Shown here piece by piece: positions 24,301 through 35,346 of a DNA stretch of 64,000 nucleotides; positions within the stretch are counted from its first letter, which is position 1; every line of letters starts with the position of its first letter. The DNA is from Ranitomeya imitator (taxonomy: Eukaryota), in assembly GCF_032444005.1 (NCBI RefSeq), contig NC_091282.1, positions 767,064,001-767,128,000 of the forward strand, given 5' to 3'. The notes beneath the pieces were generated by a model. The model did no database searches. It was not told the DNA's origin and saw nothing but the letters and a program-made list of their open reading frames with translations. The position numbers were made by a program, and so were the translations under genes.

Positions 24301-27300
24301 CCACATCTTCCCTGGCACATGTTAGCTGTTTTGAACAGCTTACATGTACCTCTAATAGCCGCGGGTGGAATCGTGATCCACCCGCAGCTGTTAACCTGTT
24401 AAATGCTGCTGTCAATCTCTGACAGCGGCATTTAACTGGTGCTTCTGGTAAGCATGCTGGAACTCCAGCCCATCAGTGACCCTGTCACATGATCATGGGT
24501 CACCGATGGGTTGGCATGACAACCAGAGGTCTTCAGCAGACCTCTATGGTTGTCGTAACCAGATTGCTATGAGCGCCGCCCGATCTGATCATCACCTGTA
24601 TGTAGAAGAGCCGATCAGACAACTGCAGCTTCTAGTCTCTCATGGAAACTATTGAAGCATGCAATAAGTCAAAAAAAAAGTTTTTACAAATATTAAAATA
24701 AAAAAGATTATAAAAGTTCAAATCACCCCCAATTCACCACATTCAAAGTAAAAGAATAATAAAAAATACACATTTTGTATTGCTGTGTTCAGAACTGCCC
24801 GATCTATCAACATAAGAAAAGAATTAACCTGATCTCTAAACAATGTAATGGGGAAAAAAAAATTCAAAACACCAGAATTACTTTTTTTGGTCCCCAGTAC
24901 ATTGCAATAAAATACAATAACGGGCGATCAAAAGATCGTATCTACACGAAAATTGTATCAATAAAAATGGCAGTTCGGTGAGCAAAAAATAAGACCTCAC
25001 CCAGCCCCAAGTCATGAAAAATTCAGACGCTACAGGTCTTGGAAAATGGCGACTTTGTTTTTCTTCTTTAACCAAAAGTTTGGATTTTTTTGCACCACTT
25101 TAAAAAAGAACCTATACATGTTTGGTGTCTGTGAACTCATAATGACCTGGAGAATCACAATGGCAGGTCAGTTTTAGCATTTAGTGAACATGGTAAAAAA
25201 AAAGTGTGGAATTGCACTTTTTTTGCAATTTCACTGCACTTGGAATTGTTTCCCCATTTCCCAGTACACAATATGTTAAAACCAGTCATGTTGTTGAAAA
25301 GTGCAACTCGTCCCACAAAAAACAAGCCCTCACATGGCCATTTTGACCAAAAAATAAAGAAGTTATGGCTCTGGGAAGAAAGGGAGCAAAAAAGCAAAAC
25401 GAAAATACCCCTGGTCATTAAAGGGACTCTGTCACCTGAATTTGGAGGGAACAATCTTCAGCCATAGGGGTGGGGTTTTCGGGTGTTTGATTCACCCTTT
25501 CCTTACCCGCTGGCTGCATGCTGGCTGCAATATTGGATTGAAGTTCATTCTCTGTCCTCCATAGTCCTCCTTGTGCAGGCATGTACTATGGAGGACAGAG
25601 AATAAACTTCAATCCAATATTGCAGCCAGCATGCAGCCAGCGGGTAAGGAAAGGGTGAATCAAACACCCGATAACCCCGCCCCTATGGCTGAAGATTGTT
25701 CACTCCAAATTCAGGTGACAGAGTCCCTTTAAAGGGAATCTGTCACCCCAAAAATCGTATATGAGCTACGGTCACCAGCATCAGGGGCTTATCTACAGCA
25801 TTCTGTAATGCTGTAGATAAGCCCCCGATGTAACCTGAAAGGTAAGAAAAACAGGTTATATTATACTCAACCAGGGGCAGTCCGGGTCCGGCGCCTCCCA
25901 TCTTCATGTGATCACGTCCTCTTCTTGTCTTCCTGCCGCTGTTCCGGCAGGCGTACTTTGTTTGCCCTGTTGAGGGCAGAGCAAAGTACTGCAGTGTGCA
26001 GGCGCCGGGAAAGGTCAGAGAGGCCCAGCGCCTGCGCACTGCAGTACTTTGCTCTGCCCTCAACAGGGCAGACGAAGTACGCCTGCATCGGAGCAGCGGC
26101 AGGAAGACAAGACTAGGACGTCATCGTAAGAAGATGGGAGGCGCCGGACCCAGACCACGACGCCCATCGGATCGGACCGCAGCGGGACCGCCCCTGGGTG
26201 AGTATAATATAACCCGTTTTCTTACCTTTTAGGTTACATCGGGGGCTTATCTACAGCATTACAGAATGCTGTATGTAGTTAAGCCCCTAGTGCCGGCGGA
26301 CTTAGCTCATATACGATTTTTGGCGTGACCGATTCCCTTTAAGGGGTTATATGCTTGGATACAGCACTCTGTGAACAGCCAGCTTCTTTAGCAATGACCT
26401 TTCATGGCTTACTCTCCTTGTGGAGGGTGTCAATGACTGCCTTCTGGCAGGGGCGCACCTATAATGAGGCCAGTTGAACACTTTGCCTCAGGCGTCAGCA
26501 AGTCCGGGTGTTGTCAGTGAGTCAGAAGAGCAAGCTGTGGTCCGGACTTGCGAGGGAGGAGGCTGCCTGGTTGCACTTTCACTTTCAATACAGCAGCAAT
26601 TGACTCTGCCTCCTCTGCATCCGCCCCTCCAGCTAGGGAGTGTGAATGATTGGTCCATCTGTAAGTCATTCTACGTCTCTGCATCAAGTGACTGTGTCTG
26701 TGTTCATCCGACCCCAGGTGCTGTATATGGGGGTGCTGTGGTGTATATGGTTGGGTGCTGTGGTGTATGTGGTGGGTGCTGTATATGAGGGGTCCTATGC
26801 CGTATATGGGGGTCACGTGCTCTATTGTATAGGGTGCTGTATATGGGGGTGCTGTGCTGTATATGGGGGTGCTGTACTGTGTATATGGGGGTGCTGTATT
26901 GTATATGGTGGGTGCTGTATATGGGGGTACTGTTCTGTATTGTATATGGGGGTGCTGTATATGGGAGTGCTGTGCTGTATGTGGGGGTGCTGTGTTGTAT
27001 ATGAGGGGTGCTGTACAGTGTGTGCAGAATTATTAGGCAAGTTGTATTTTGATCACATGATACTTTTTATACATGTTGTCCTACTCCAAGCTGTTCAGGC
27101 TTGAGAGCCAACTACCAATTACAGTAAGTAAATCAGGTGATGTGCATCTCTGTAATGAGGAGGGGTGTTGTCTAATGACATCAAAACCCTATATAAGGTG
27201 AGCTTAATTATTAGGCAACTTCCTTTCCTTTGGCAAAATGGGTCAGAAGTGAGATTTGACGGGCTCTGAAAAGTCCAAAATTGTGAGATGTCTTGCAGAG

Positions 27301-30300
27301 GGACGCAGCAGTCTTGAAATTTCCAAACTTTCGAAGCGTGATCACCGAACAAGATTGCCTTGTGCAGGCATGTACTACGGAGGACAGAGAATGAACTTCA
27401 ATCCAATATTGCAGCCAGCGGGTAAGGAAAGGGTGAATCAAACACCCGGAAACCCCGCCCCTATGGCTGAAAATTGTTCCCTCCAAATTCAGGTGACAGA
27501 GTCCCTTTAATGATCCTTGTTCTGAAGTTCGCCTCAGGCAGCAGAGAGGCTAGGTACACCCCTGCCTTCTGGACATCAGACAAGTCAGCAGTCTTCCCCA
27601 TGATTGTGGAGCTACTGAAACAGACTAAGTGACCTTTATAAACACTTAGGAAGCCTTTACAGGTGTTTTGATAATTATCCTAATTTATGAGATGATTACT
27701 TTTGGGTCTTCATTGACTGTAAGCCATCATCATCAACAGAAATAAAGACTTGAAATAGATCACTCTGTCTGTAATGTCTCTATATAATATCCGTTTAAAT
27801 TTTTGTATTAAATTAACTTTTTGATGATATTCTAATTTTGTGAGAAGCACCTGTATCCCTGACACTGATAATGGGGGCAAACTGGCTATTACTTTTTATG
27901 GGGGATATAGTCTGACACTGATAATGGGGGAAGTCTGACTTGTACAGCTGATGGTATCCCTGGCACTGTTAATTGCAATGTTATTAGACGTCGGCCCGAT
28001 GCTGTTCATAGCAGCATTCTAGATTAGTTGTCCATACTGCCTACAATCAGTGAGCCACCTCTATCCATCTGTCACTGTCCCCATTACATTCAGCTTCTCC
28101 TCACACCAAAGTGGCTGATAGCAGAGAATAGTAGTTTCTCTCTACCTGCACATGGCGAGTGCAGATTGCACTGATCACCTCATTTTCTTTTTCCTCTTCC
28201 TCCAGGGCCGTAGATCACAGAGTCCAGCTCCTGAAGGTGAGTGTCCGCTCTTAGAGGATTTTCCTGCGGATAGTTTCTTATAGAGGGGCGGATATCCCAT
28301 ATGTGCAGCCTGATGCCTCCAGAATCTCGGGCCAGCACAGCTACCTTCATTATCAGAGGCTTGTACTGCTGATGGTATCGCTGACACTGATAGTAGCAAT
28401 GTTAATAGACATCGGTCAGTACTGTTTATGGGGGCGTTCTGGCTACCGTTATAGGTGGTCTATCCTCCCTTAAATCACTGACCACCTATAACCATGCTCT
28501 AGAGTCTAGACCCAAGCGTGCCCATAACGTTGGCAGCAATATGTCCATGCTCTGCAGACACCCCCTGCTGACCACTCGTGGAATCTCTTGCAGGTCCTCA
28601 GCAGAGCCGGCTTCCACGTCTTGTCTCTGGACTACAGAGGTTCGTCCAATTTTACTAGAGATTAACCCTCTGTGACATATCGCATGTTTATTATCACACG
28701 TTCTGATTTTGCAGGCTTCGCCGACTCCACCGGCCAGCCCAGTGAGGAGGGGGTGACCGACGACTCGGTCTTCTTGTACGAGTGGGTGAAGGCTCGGAGC
28801 CGAGGAAACCCCGTCTGTTTCTGGGGACATTCACTAGGTACTGGGTAAGTGACTGAGTAAGGGGCGTTATACAATTAGCTGCCCACAAGAATGAGGACCG
28901 CCATTGTTCCCAAATAAAAGCCCCTAACTTCTAGGTTTCTTGTGCCTCGGTGTCCAATCCTCCCGGAGGGGCATGGTAGTGGGTGTAGTTTTCGGTGCCG
29001 TGGACTTCCACGTGGTCACCCAGCTTTCCCAGGATCACATAGTAATTGTTTTTTTGTCTTCTATAATTATAGCATTGCCACAAATGCAGCCAGAAAATTG
29101 CAAGAAAAAGGTGAGTTATAGTTTGCTTTTCAAGATCACTGCTTGCAGTCATAGAATGAGAACCCATCATCCAAAGGATGAAAATCTATCCTGAGGATTA
29201 CATGACTTCTTTCCCGCTCCTGCAGGTAACCCGGCCGACGCTGTGATACTAGAGGCCCCGTACACCAACATCAGAGACGCTGGTGCCTTCCACCCCTTTG
29301 GGAAGGTGAGTGTAGTCGGATGGATGGGGGCTGTGAAGTCCCAGAGACGAGGACTTCTTGGTGACTCAATTCTAAGAAATTGACTGTAGTCACAGAACGA
29401 GGACCCAAAGTCGCCATTAGGCCCTCATCGTCCAGTCTCTCTGCTGCGCTCCATAGGCTTCTATGAAAAAAAAAAATGTAAACTGGGTTTTCTCATCCTC
29501 TCCTTGCAGATTTATCATATTTTCCCAGGATTTGAGTATTTTTTTCTGGACACTATGGCGCTGGATAATATTGTGTTTCCGAGTGATGAGAAGTAAGCAC
29601 TCTCAACATCCATTACAACAGTCCTATATAAAATGATATATTTACAAAAAATGGACCTCCAAGTGTTTTATTATAATTTGGGTAGAATTTAGCACTGCCT
29701 CCGCAGGTGAGATGATGTATTACATCTTCCCTCATCAAATGACTAGCCTGCCTAAGTAACATACGGACTGGAGAGCAGACCTCCAGAGTGGGATGCTTGT
29801 GTAGCTGTTCTGTGCCGGGATGAGAGATCCCACACATTCATACTGCAGTTCATTGTACAGTAAGAATTACTGTAGGTTACGTTTAATCAGGACCTGTTGC
29901 TTGCCTTGAGCATTTTTTTTTTCTGTTCTCCTGAATCTGGCGCTGTGTTTCTTTTGTTCCTGTCCCTCTCCGTTCTTGAGATACAGCCCTCTCTAACTGT
30001 ATATAATCTAGACTTATTATCCAAGTGGGTGTGGTGATCCAGAACATACCCACAAATCATTGACACCCACTTGTGTGCTCCGAAAAACCGCTCCAGATTC
30101 AGGAAAACAGTAGCAATTACACCCGGTGACGAAAAAAAAAAAAAAATGCAGATTTCTGACAAGTAAGGCCTCTTTCACACTTGCGTCGGTACGGGTCCGT
30201 TGCTATGCGTCGGGCCAACGTACCAAAGGACGTTGTGAATTTTTTGCACGACGTGGGCAGCAGATGCAATTTTTCGACGTATCAACTGCCCATTCTGCAG

Positions 30301-31609
30301 TCCGGGGAGGAGGGGGCGGAGTTTCAGCCGCGCATGCGCGGTCAAAAATGACGCGATGGACAAAAAACGTTCACTTGCACGTTTTTTCATGCCGACGGTC
30401 CACCAAAACACGACGGATCCGTCACACGAGGGACGCGACGTGTGGCAATCCGTCGCCAATACAAGTCTATGGGAAAAAAAAACGCATCCTGCAAGCACAT
30501 TTGCAGGATCAGTTTTTTTCCCAAAACGACGGATTGTGGCGGATGCCTAAAGACGGAAGTGTGAAAGAAGCCTTACAGGTTCTCTTTAAAGAGATTCTAT
30601 GGACAGCAAAAAAGATCACTTCCCATAGTGCCACTTTAATCTTTAGGCCATGTCTGGTATTGCATCTCAGCACGATGGACTTCATGTTGCATTACCTGGC
30701 ACAACCTGAAGCCTAGAGTGGTGCTATTTTTTAGTGCATGAAATAGTAATATCCCAGCATAGTTATTGTGTTACTAAGCATTGGGGTTTCTTGTCCAGAA
30801 GAGAATTATTGGGCTGATTGCACACAAAAATCTGTTTCCCCTGCAGTATGAAAATGCTGAGTAGCCCCATCCTGATCCTGCACGCAGAGGATGACCATGT
30901 GGTGCCCTCATCAATGGGGAAAGAGGTAAGTCAGGATGGGCCAGAAGGAAGAACATAGCTTACTGGGCGCCCCACCATGCCAACCTATCCATTGGGGGGG
31001 GAGCCTTTTGCCCATATAGATGTCTCCTAATTAAAAGGCTTGTCTGAAATTGGGCATTATAAGCAATAATGTGACCCCCCCAACACTAATGACTAAAGGA
31101 TCGGCTTTATTATATTGGTCGTTAAGTTCTTGGGTCATTGACTAAACTGGTCCTGTCTGCTACTCGGCCATCACAGGCCTCCCCCATACTAATGTTTAGT
31201 TCAACTAATTTTGCTTTAGTTCCCTGGAGCCCAAGCATCGTAAAAGAATGATATAAATGTCCACCTTCTCTTGAAGACAGTGCCACATCAGAGCACAGGT
31301 TGTGTCTGGTATTGCAGTGCAGCCCTATTCACGAGAATGAGCTGTAACAGCGCACACAGACGGCTGAATGTGTGTGGCAATTTTTTTTTTTCCCCCTCAA
31401 TCATTAGTAATTCACATTCTCGCTTCATGGAGATTTTCCTTCTTTGGTTTCCAGCTCCATGAAATTGCTGTGAACTCTCGTCATCCCAGACACGTGAAGT
31501 TGGTCTTGTACCCACCGGAGTTTGGGTACAAACACAAGTTTATTTATAAAGACCCCAAACTGGGAAAGACACTGTGGTAAGTGCCAAGATTGGGCCTCAC
31601 CCTTCATGG

Positions 31610-31685
<76 letters not shown>

Positions 31686-32150
31686 GTCTCAAACTTTGAG
31701 GCATAGCCTTGTTCCCAGGGAAGCTATGGTGTCATTATTAGGGACTCCAAGCTTTCTGCTGCTGCCAGTTACCCTATACTTGGGGAACAATGCGCCATCC
31801 TAACTGCACCTACCTTTGGAGGGGGAGGGGGGGTCAAAACAAACAAGGGAGGGTAAGTAGCTCACTAAAAGGGGTTGTACAGGATTATAAAAAAAAAATA
31901 AAAGCACCACCTTTGGCTACTGGCTGTATGTGGTATTGCAGCTTGGTTATAATCACAGCTATAGATCTGAGCTGCAATACCAGACATGAACAGAGGATGG
32001 TGTCACTTCTGATCCTGGCCACTCCCTCCAGTTCTGGCTCTACGGGGTCTGGGTATTGGGCCCAGTTTCTCAAATTCATCCTTGAAGTCCCTTGTACATT
32101 GTGAATAATTCTGTCACTTCTTCCCCAGGGATTTCCTAAACACCATGTGA
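18311..32150 (+). CDS. ABHD12B: Abhydrolase domain-containing protein 12B-like (lysophosphatidylserine-lipase family), complete, 360 aa
   Basis: 13 exons, all GT-AG, phases consistent: 18311-18411, 21367-21494, 21781-21883, 22293-22412, 28206-28236, 28594-28639, 28715-28844, 29073-29110, 29226-29305, 29510-29592, 30847-30925, 31455-31576, 32129-32150 (1083 nt). Translation includes a TM segment (LCAITLVAIYICVPFIIRLFP), IIYLHGNGGTR, LDYRGFADSTG, nucleophile motif VCFWGHSLGTG, LILHAEDDHVVP (Asp) and GYKHKFIY (His), ending WDFLNTM*. The B paralogue is inferred from tail-to-tail synteny with PYGL and from VC(F/L)WGHSLGTG-IATNAA. Confidence 0.92.
18715..19250. repeat. 36-bp minisatellite in ABHD12B intron 1, degenerating to about 19950
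   Basis: Unit CAGTGCTATACAGTATACCTAATTAATGTCACCATA; several perfect copies followed by decayed ones. Confidence 0.92.
20463..21139. mobile_element. Fold-back / MITE-like element in ABHD12B intron 1
   Basis: Arms AGGCTGAAGTTGGTTTCTTATT (20463) and AATAGGAAACCAACTTCAGCCT (21118-21139), 21/22 complementary. Inner pair AAGTGGGCACCGAAGGGC / GCCCTTCGGTGCCCACTT. Confidence 0.65.
21899..22149. other. Assembly gap (251 N) in ABHD12B intron 3
   Basis: Run of N. The flanking exons join in frame (GIW/HTLP), so no coding exon appears to be hidden. Confidence 0.97.
22820..23168. mobile_element. PIF/Harbinger-type MITE inside Tc1
   Basis: TTA TSD on both sides. TIR GGCTAGGTTC / GAACCTAGCC. Confidence 0.85.
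25422..25728. mobile_element. T2-family MITE
   Basis: TTAA flanks. TIR AGGGACTCTGTCACCTGAATTTGGA. Confidence 0.88.
25733..26338. mobile_element. T2-family MITE (second subfamily), sharing one TTAA with the previous MITE
   Basis: TTAA at 25729-25732 and 26339-26342. TIR AGGGAATC(T/G)GTCAC. Confidence 0.88.
26448..27564. mobile_element. Non-autonomous hAT element inside Tc1
   Basis: 8-bp TSD CCTTCTGG (26440-26447, 27565-27572). TIR CAGGGG(C/T)G(C/T)ACCTA. Internal ~16-bp GTGCTGTATATGGGGG repeats at 26715-27015. Confidence 0.88.
27016..27506 (+). mobile_element. 5' fragment of a third Tc1 (27016-27353) fused to the right half of a T2-MITE (about 27355-27506), inside the hAT
   Basis: TA+CAGTGTGTGCAGAATTATTAGGC terminus. 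Transposase start MGQK*DLTGSEKSKIVRCLAEG at 27238. The MITE half matches 25560-25728 and ends CCCT+TTAA. Confidence 0.75.
30167..30572. mobile_element. PIF/Harbinger-type MITE in ABHD12B intron 10
   Basis: TWA flanks (TAA/TTA). TIR GGCCTCTTTCACAC / GTGTGAAAGAAGCC. Confidence 0.8.
31610..31678. repeat. (TA)n microsatellite in ABHD12B intron 12
   Basis: Direct reading of the sequence. Confidence 0.95.
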
Positions 32151-32242
32151 AGCGGCCATCATCCAGCACCACTGAACATCTGCTGTAAAATATTGTATTA
32201 CTTTCTTCCCTGGTTTCTTGATGTATCATAAGTTAGTAAGAA

Positions 32243-32248
32243 AATAAA
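32243..32248 (+). terminator. Candidate polyadenylation signal of ABHD12B
   Basis: First AATAAA, about 90 nt after the stop codon; no transcript evidence. Confidence 0.45.
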
Positions 32249-32358
32249 GAAACATGACCAGAGTTCTCTCCATATTATGATTACTGTACCCTGAGCACCA
32301 ATCACGGCCGGGATGCTGGGAGTTGTAGTTAGGCACAAAGATCAAGGCAGACTTCTTA

Positions 32359-33211
32359 GGCCTGTTTCACATGTCAGTGGCTCCGGTACGTGAGGTGACA
32401 GTTTCCTCACGTACCAGAGACACTGACACACGTAGACACATTGAAATCAATGCATCTGTGCAGATGTCATTGATTTTTTGCAGACCGTGTCTTTGTGTGC
32501 CAAACACGGAGACATGTTAGTGTTCGTGGGAGCGCATGGATTACACTGACCCATTCAAGTCAATGGGTCCGTGTAAAACACGTACCGCACACGGACATTG
32601 TCCGTGTGCCGTGCAGGAGACAGCACTACAGTAAGCGCTGTCCCCCCCCACTGGTGCTGAAGCCCCATTCATATCTTCCCTGCAGCAGCCTTTGCTGTAG
32701 AGAAGATATGAATAATCCTTTTTTTTTGTTTCTCGTGTTTATAATAAAGCTCCATGTCCCCACCCCCTGTGCGCCCACCTGCTGTTCTTAAAATACTCAC
32801 CCAGCTCCCTCGCTGGCGGGCGCTGTTCCTGTCCTGGCCGCACCTTCTACTGTATGAGCGGTCACGTGGGGCCGCCGATTGCAGTCATGAATATGCGGCT
32901 CCACCTCCCATAGGGGTGGAGCTGCATATTACTGTAAATGAGCGGCCCCATGTGACCGCTCATACAGTAGAAGGTATGGAGCTTTATTTTAAACACGAGA
33001 AACAAAAAAAGTCACATCTTCTCTACAGCAAACGCTGCTGCACGGAAGATATGAATGGGGCTTCAGCACCAGATGCAGGGGACAGCGCTAAACTTTAGCG
33101 CTGTCTCCTGCACGGTGCGTGTGGTACCCAGTGGGCACACGTGTGCCACAGAAACGCACGGGCACACGGACAATTCCGGTACCGGAATTATCTGGACATG
33201 TGAGACTGCCC
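32359..33211. mobile_element. PIF/Harbinger-type MITE
   Basis: TTA flanks. Imperfect TIR GGCCTGTTTCACATGTC / GACATGTGAGACTGCCC. Internal palindrome. Confidence 0.75.
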
Positions 33212-33915
33212 TTAGGAAGCTTTTTATCCAGGCTATTCAGTGATCGGGCAATGATTAGAGCAAATAGTGCGTTTATCTGTACGCATGACATGTGTCCATA
33301 ATACAGACATCCAGATCAGTGGGGATCAGTCCCATATTTAAAGGGTTGTAGAAATAGTTCAGACTGAGCAAATATAGGAAAAAGTCAAAACCGCACCTTT
33401 TTTCCTTAAGGTCTCAGCAGACACAGGGGTGCACGTCCAGAGCCAGGGAGCCCATCCCGGACAACGTACCAAGACTTCAGAGAAAAAAAAAAAAAAAAAA
33501 AAACCAGCGCCACAATGGATGGTGAAAAAAAAAATACGTACGCTACTCACCTGGTAGCAGTGTTTTTTTCAGGAGCCATGACAGCACAACGAGAGGGGAT
33601 CCGCCCTTCAGGGACAGGAAACCTACAGACATAAAAAGGGCGGCACCTCTCTCCCACGTCAGTTGTTTCCAGAGCATGAGAGGACCACCTTGGTTAATAA
33701 CACAGATGCAGTATATACATGAATACTTTTTATTATGCAAGTGAACATAAACTTTAACTCAAGATTAACAGGGTGTTGCATCATCCAAAAATATAGGGTA
33801 GGGAATCTAAGGGTGCTGTCATGGCTCCTGAAAAAACACTGCTACCAGGTGAGTAGCGTACGTATTTATTCAGTCGCCATGACAGCACAACGAGAGACTT
33901 TCAGAGACGAAAGAT

Positions 33916-35346
33916 TTAGGGGGGGATAATAGCTTCTAGCACTCTTCTCCCAAACGTAAGGTCTGAGGAACTACCCAGATCTAATCTGTAATGTCTAAGA
34001 AAGGTAGAAGGGGAAGACCATGTGGCCGCCTTACATATGTCTTCGATTGACACTTCTGACCTCTCCGCCCAGGAAGATGCCATGGCTCGAGTGGAGTGTG
34101 CCTTTATACCATCTGGAACTTCGTTGCCACCTGCGGTATAAGCGAGAGAGATTGCCTCCCTAATCCATCTGGCTAGAGTGTTTTTAGATACTCTAAGACC
34201 TTTCCTTACCCCTTGATAACTCTTTATTTGTAGCCTATCTTTTTTCCAGGAATCTGAAACTGTAATATATCTATGGAGGCATCTCCTCACATCTAAGCAA
34301 TGGAATTTACGTTCTTTATCGTTAGTAGGATTGGAGCAAAAGGAGGGAAGGACTACCTCCTGAACCCTGTGAAATTTAGACGCAACTTTAGGCAGATATA
34401 GGGGATCGGGTTTTAATATGACCCTATCCTCCCTAACTTGCATGTATGGTGGATGTCTGGAGAGTGCCTGCAGATCACTAACCCTCCTAGCAGATGTGAG
34501 AGCAAGTAACAGGGCTGTTTTGATTGACAGGATCTTCACAGGAATAGTATCAATGGGCTCGAATGGGGCTTGCGTCAGGGCTGAGAGTACCAAATTTAGG
34601 TCCCATGGGACTAACCTTTGTTTAATAATTGGTCTAGACCTGGTGACTGCTTTAAAGAATCTAGCAATCCAGTGATTACTGGCTAAATTAAGATTATATA
34701 ACGCTCCCAGCGCTGACACCTGAACTCTAAGAGTACTTGTGGCCAAGCCCATTTCCAGGCCTTTTTGTAAAAATTCAAGAACCTGGTTAATACATGGTTC
34801 TTGGTCAATTTGAGCCCCTGAAAAAGATAAAAATTTTCTCCATACTCTCACATAAATGCCCGTTGTAGATGGTTTTCTACTTTTAAGGAGAGTATTAACC
34901 AGATTCTGAGAGAATCCTTTCCCCCTCAGTAAGGACCTCTCAAGTTCCATGCCGCTAGGTGTAAGTTGGCTACTTGAGGATGGAGGATTGGTCCCTGGGA
35001 GAGCAGATCTGGTAGCTCTGGAAGAATCCATGGTTGGCAGACAGACATCTTTCTCAGCCAAGGAAACCAAGCCCTCTTGGGCCAAAATGGAGCTACCAAG
35101 ATTACCCGGGCCTTGTCCTCCCGAATCTTCCTCAGGACTAGGGGAATTAGATTTAGAGGGGGAAAAGCATACGCGAGCCTGAAGTGCCAAGATATCAGCA
35201 GAGCGTCCACAGCGTATGGGTTGTCTTTTGGATTTAGGGAGCAGAATTGATGTAATTTTTTGTTCCCTCTGTTGGCAAAAAGGTCTATCTCCGGACAACC
35301 CCATAACTGGATGATCTGACTGAAAATGGCTGGATTTAACGACCAC
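33916..35346 (-). CDS. DIRS-A tyrosine recombinase
   Basis: 476-aa open frame (true start probably internal). Catalytic R (ARRVSDL), HSTR, W and Y (FLRHYRLD) all present. Confidence 0.92.
   Translation of the reverse strand: MVVKSSHFQSDHPVMGLSGDRPFCQQREQKITSILLPKSKRQPIRCGRSADILALQARVCFSPSKSNSPSPEEDSGGQGPGNLGSSILAQEGLVSLAEKDVCLPTMDSSRATRSALPGTNPPSSSSQLTPSGMELERSLLRGKGFSQNLVNTLLKSRKPSTTGIYVRVWRKFLSFSGAQIDQEPCINQVLEFLQKGLEMGLATSTLRVQVSALGALYNLNLASNHWIARFFKAVTRSRPIIKQRLVPWDLNLVLSALTQAPFEPIDTIPVKILSIKTALLLALTSARRVSDLQALSRHPPYMQVREDRVILKPDPLYLPKVASKFHRVQEVVLPSFCSNPTNDKERKFHCLDVRRCLHRYITVSDSWKKDRLQIKSYQGVRKGLRVSKNTLARWIREAISLAYTAGGNEVPDGIKAHSTRAMASSWAERSEVSIEDICKAATWSSPSTFLRHYRLDLGSSSDLTFGRRVLEAIIPP

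Larger units (their letters stand above)
24226..26350. mobile_element. Non-autonomous piggyBac-like element inside the Tc1 transposase gene
   Basis: Left end TTAA+CCCCTT (24222-24231). Right end GGTCATTAA[two MITEs]GGGGTTA. The Tc1 reading frame resumes immediately after. Confidence 0.75.
22746..27853 (-). mobile_element. Decayed Tc1 transposon in ABHD12B intron 4, split by several nested insertions
   Basis: TA flanks; TIR ...TTCTCACAAAATTAGAATATC at both ends. Transposase pieces: ATG at about 27601 (MGKTADLSDV), 26351-26447 (QKAVIDTLHKES..SKHI), ORF 23923-24210 and ORF 23366-23914 (VMVWG, QQDLAPVH, WLANSPDLNPIENLW). Confidence 0.9.

Noticed and set aside
28940-29040. FGAVDFHVVT segment resembling ABHD12 exon 6
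   Set aside because: The true 46-bp exon (VLSRAGFHVLSLDYR) with proper splice sites is at 28594-28639; this segment lies in intron 7, after the GHSLG exon.
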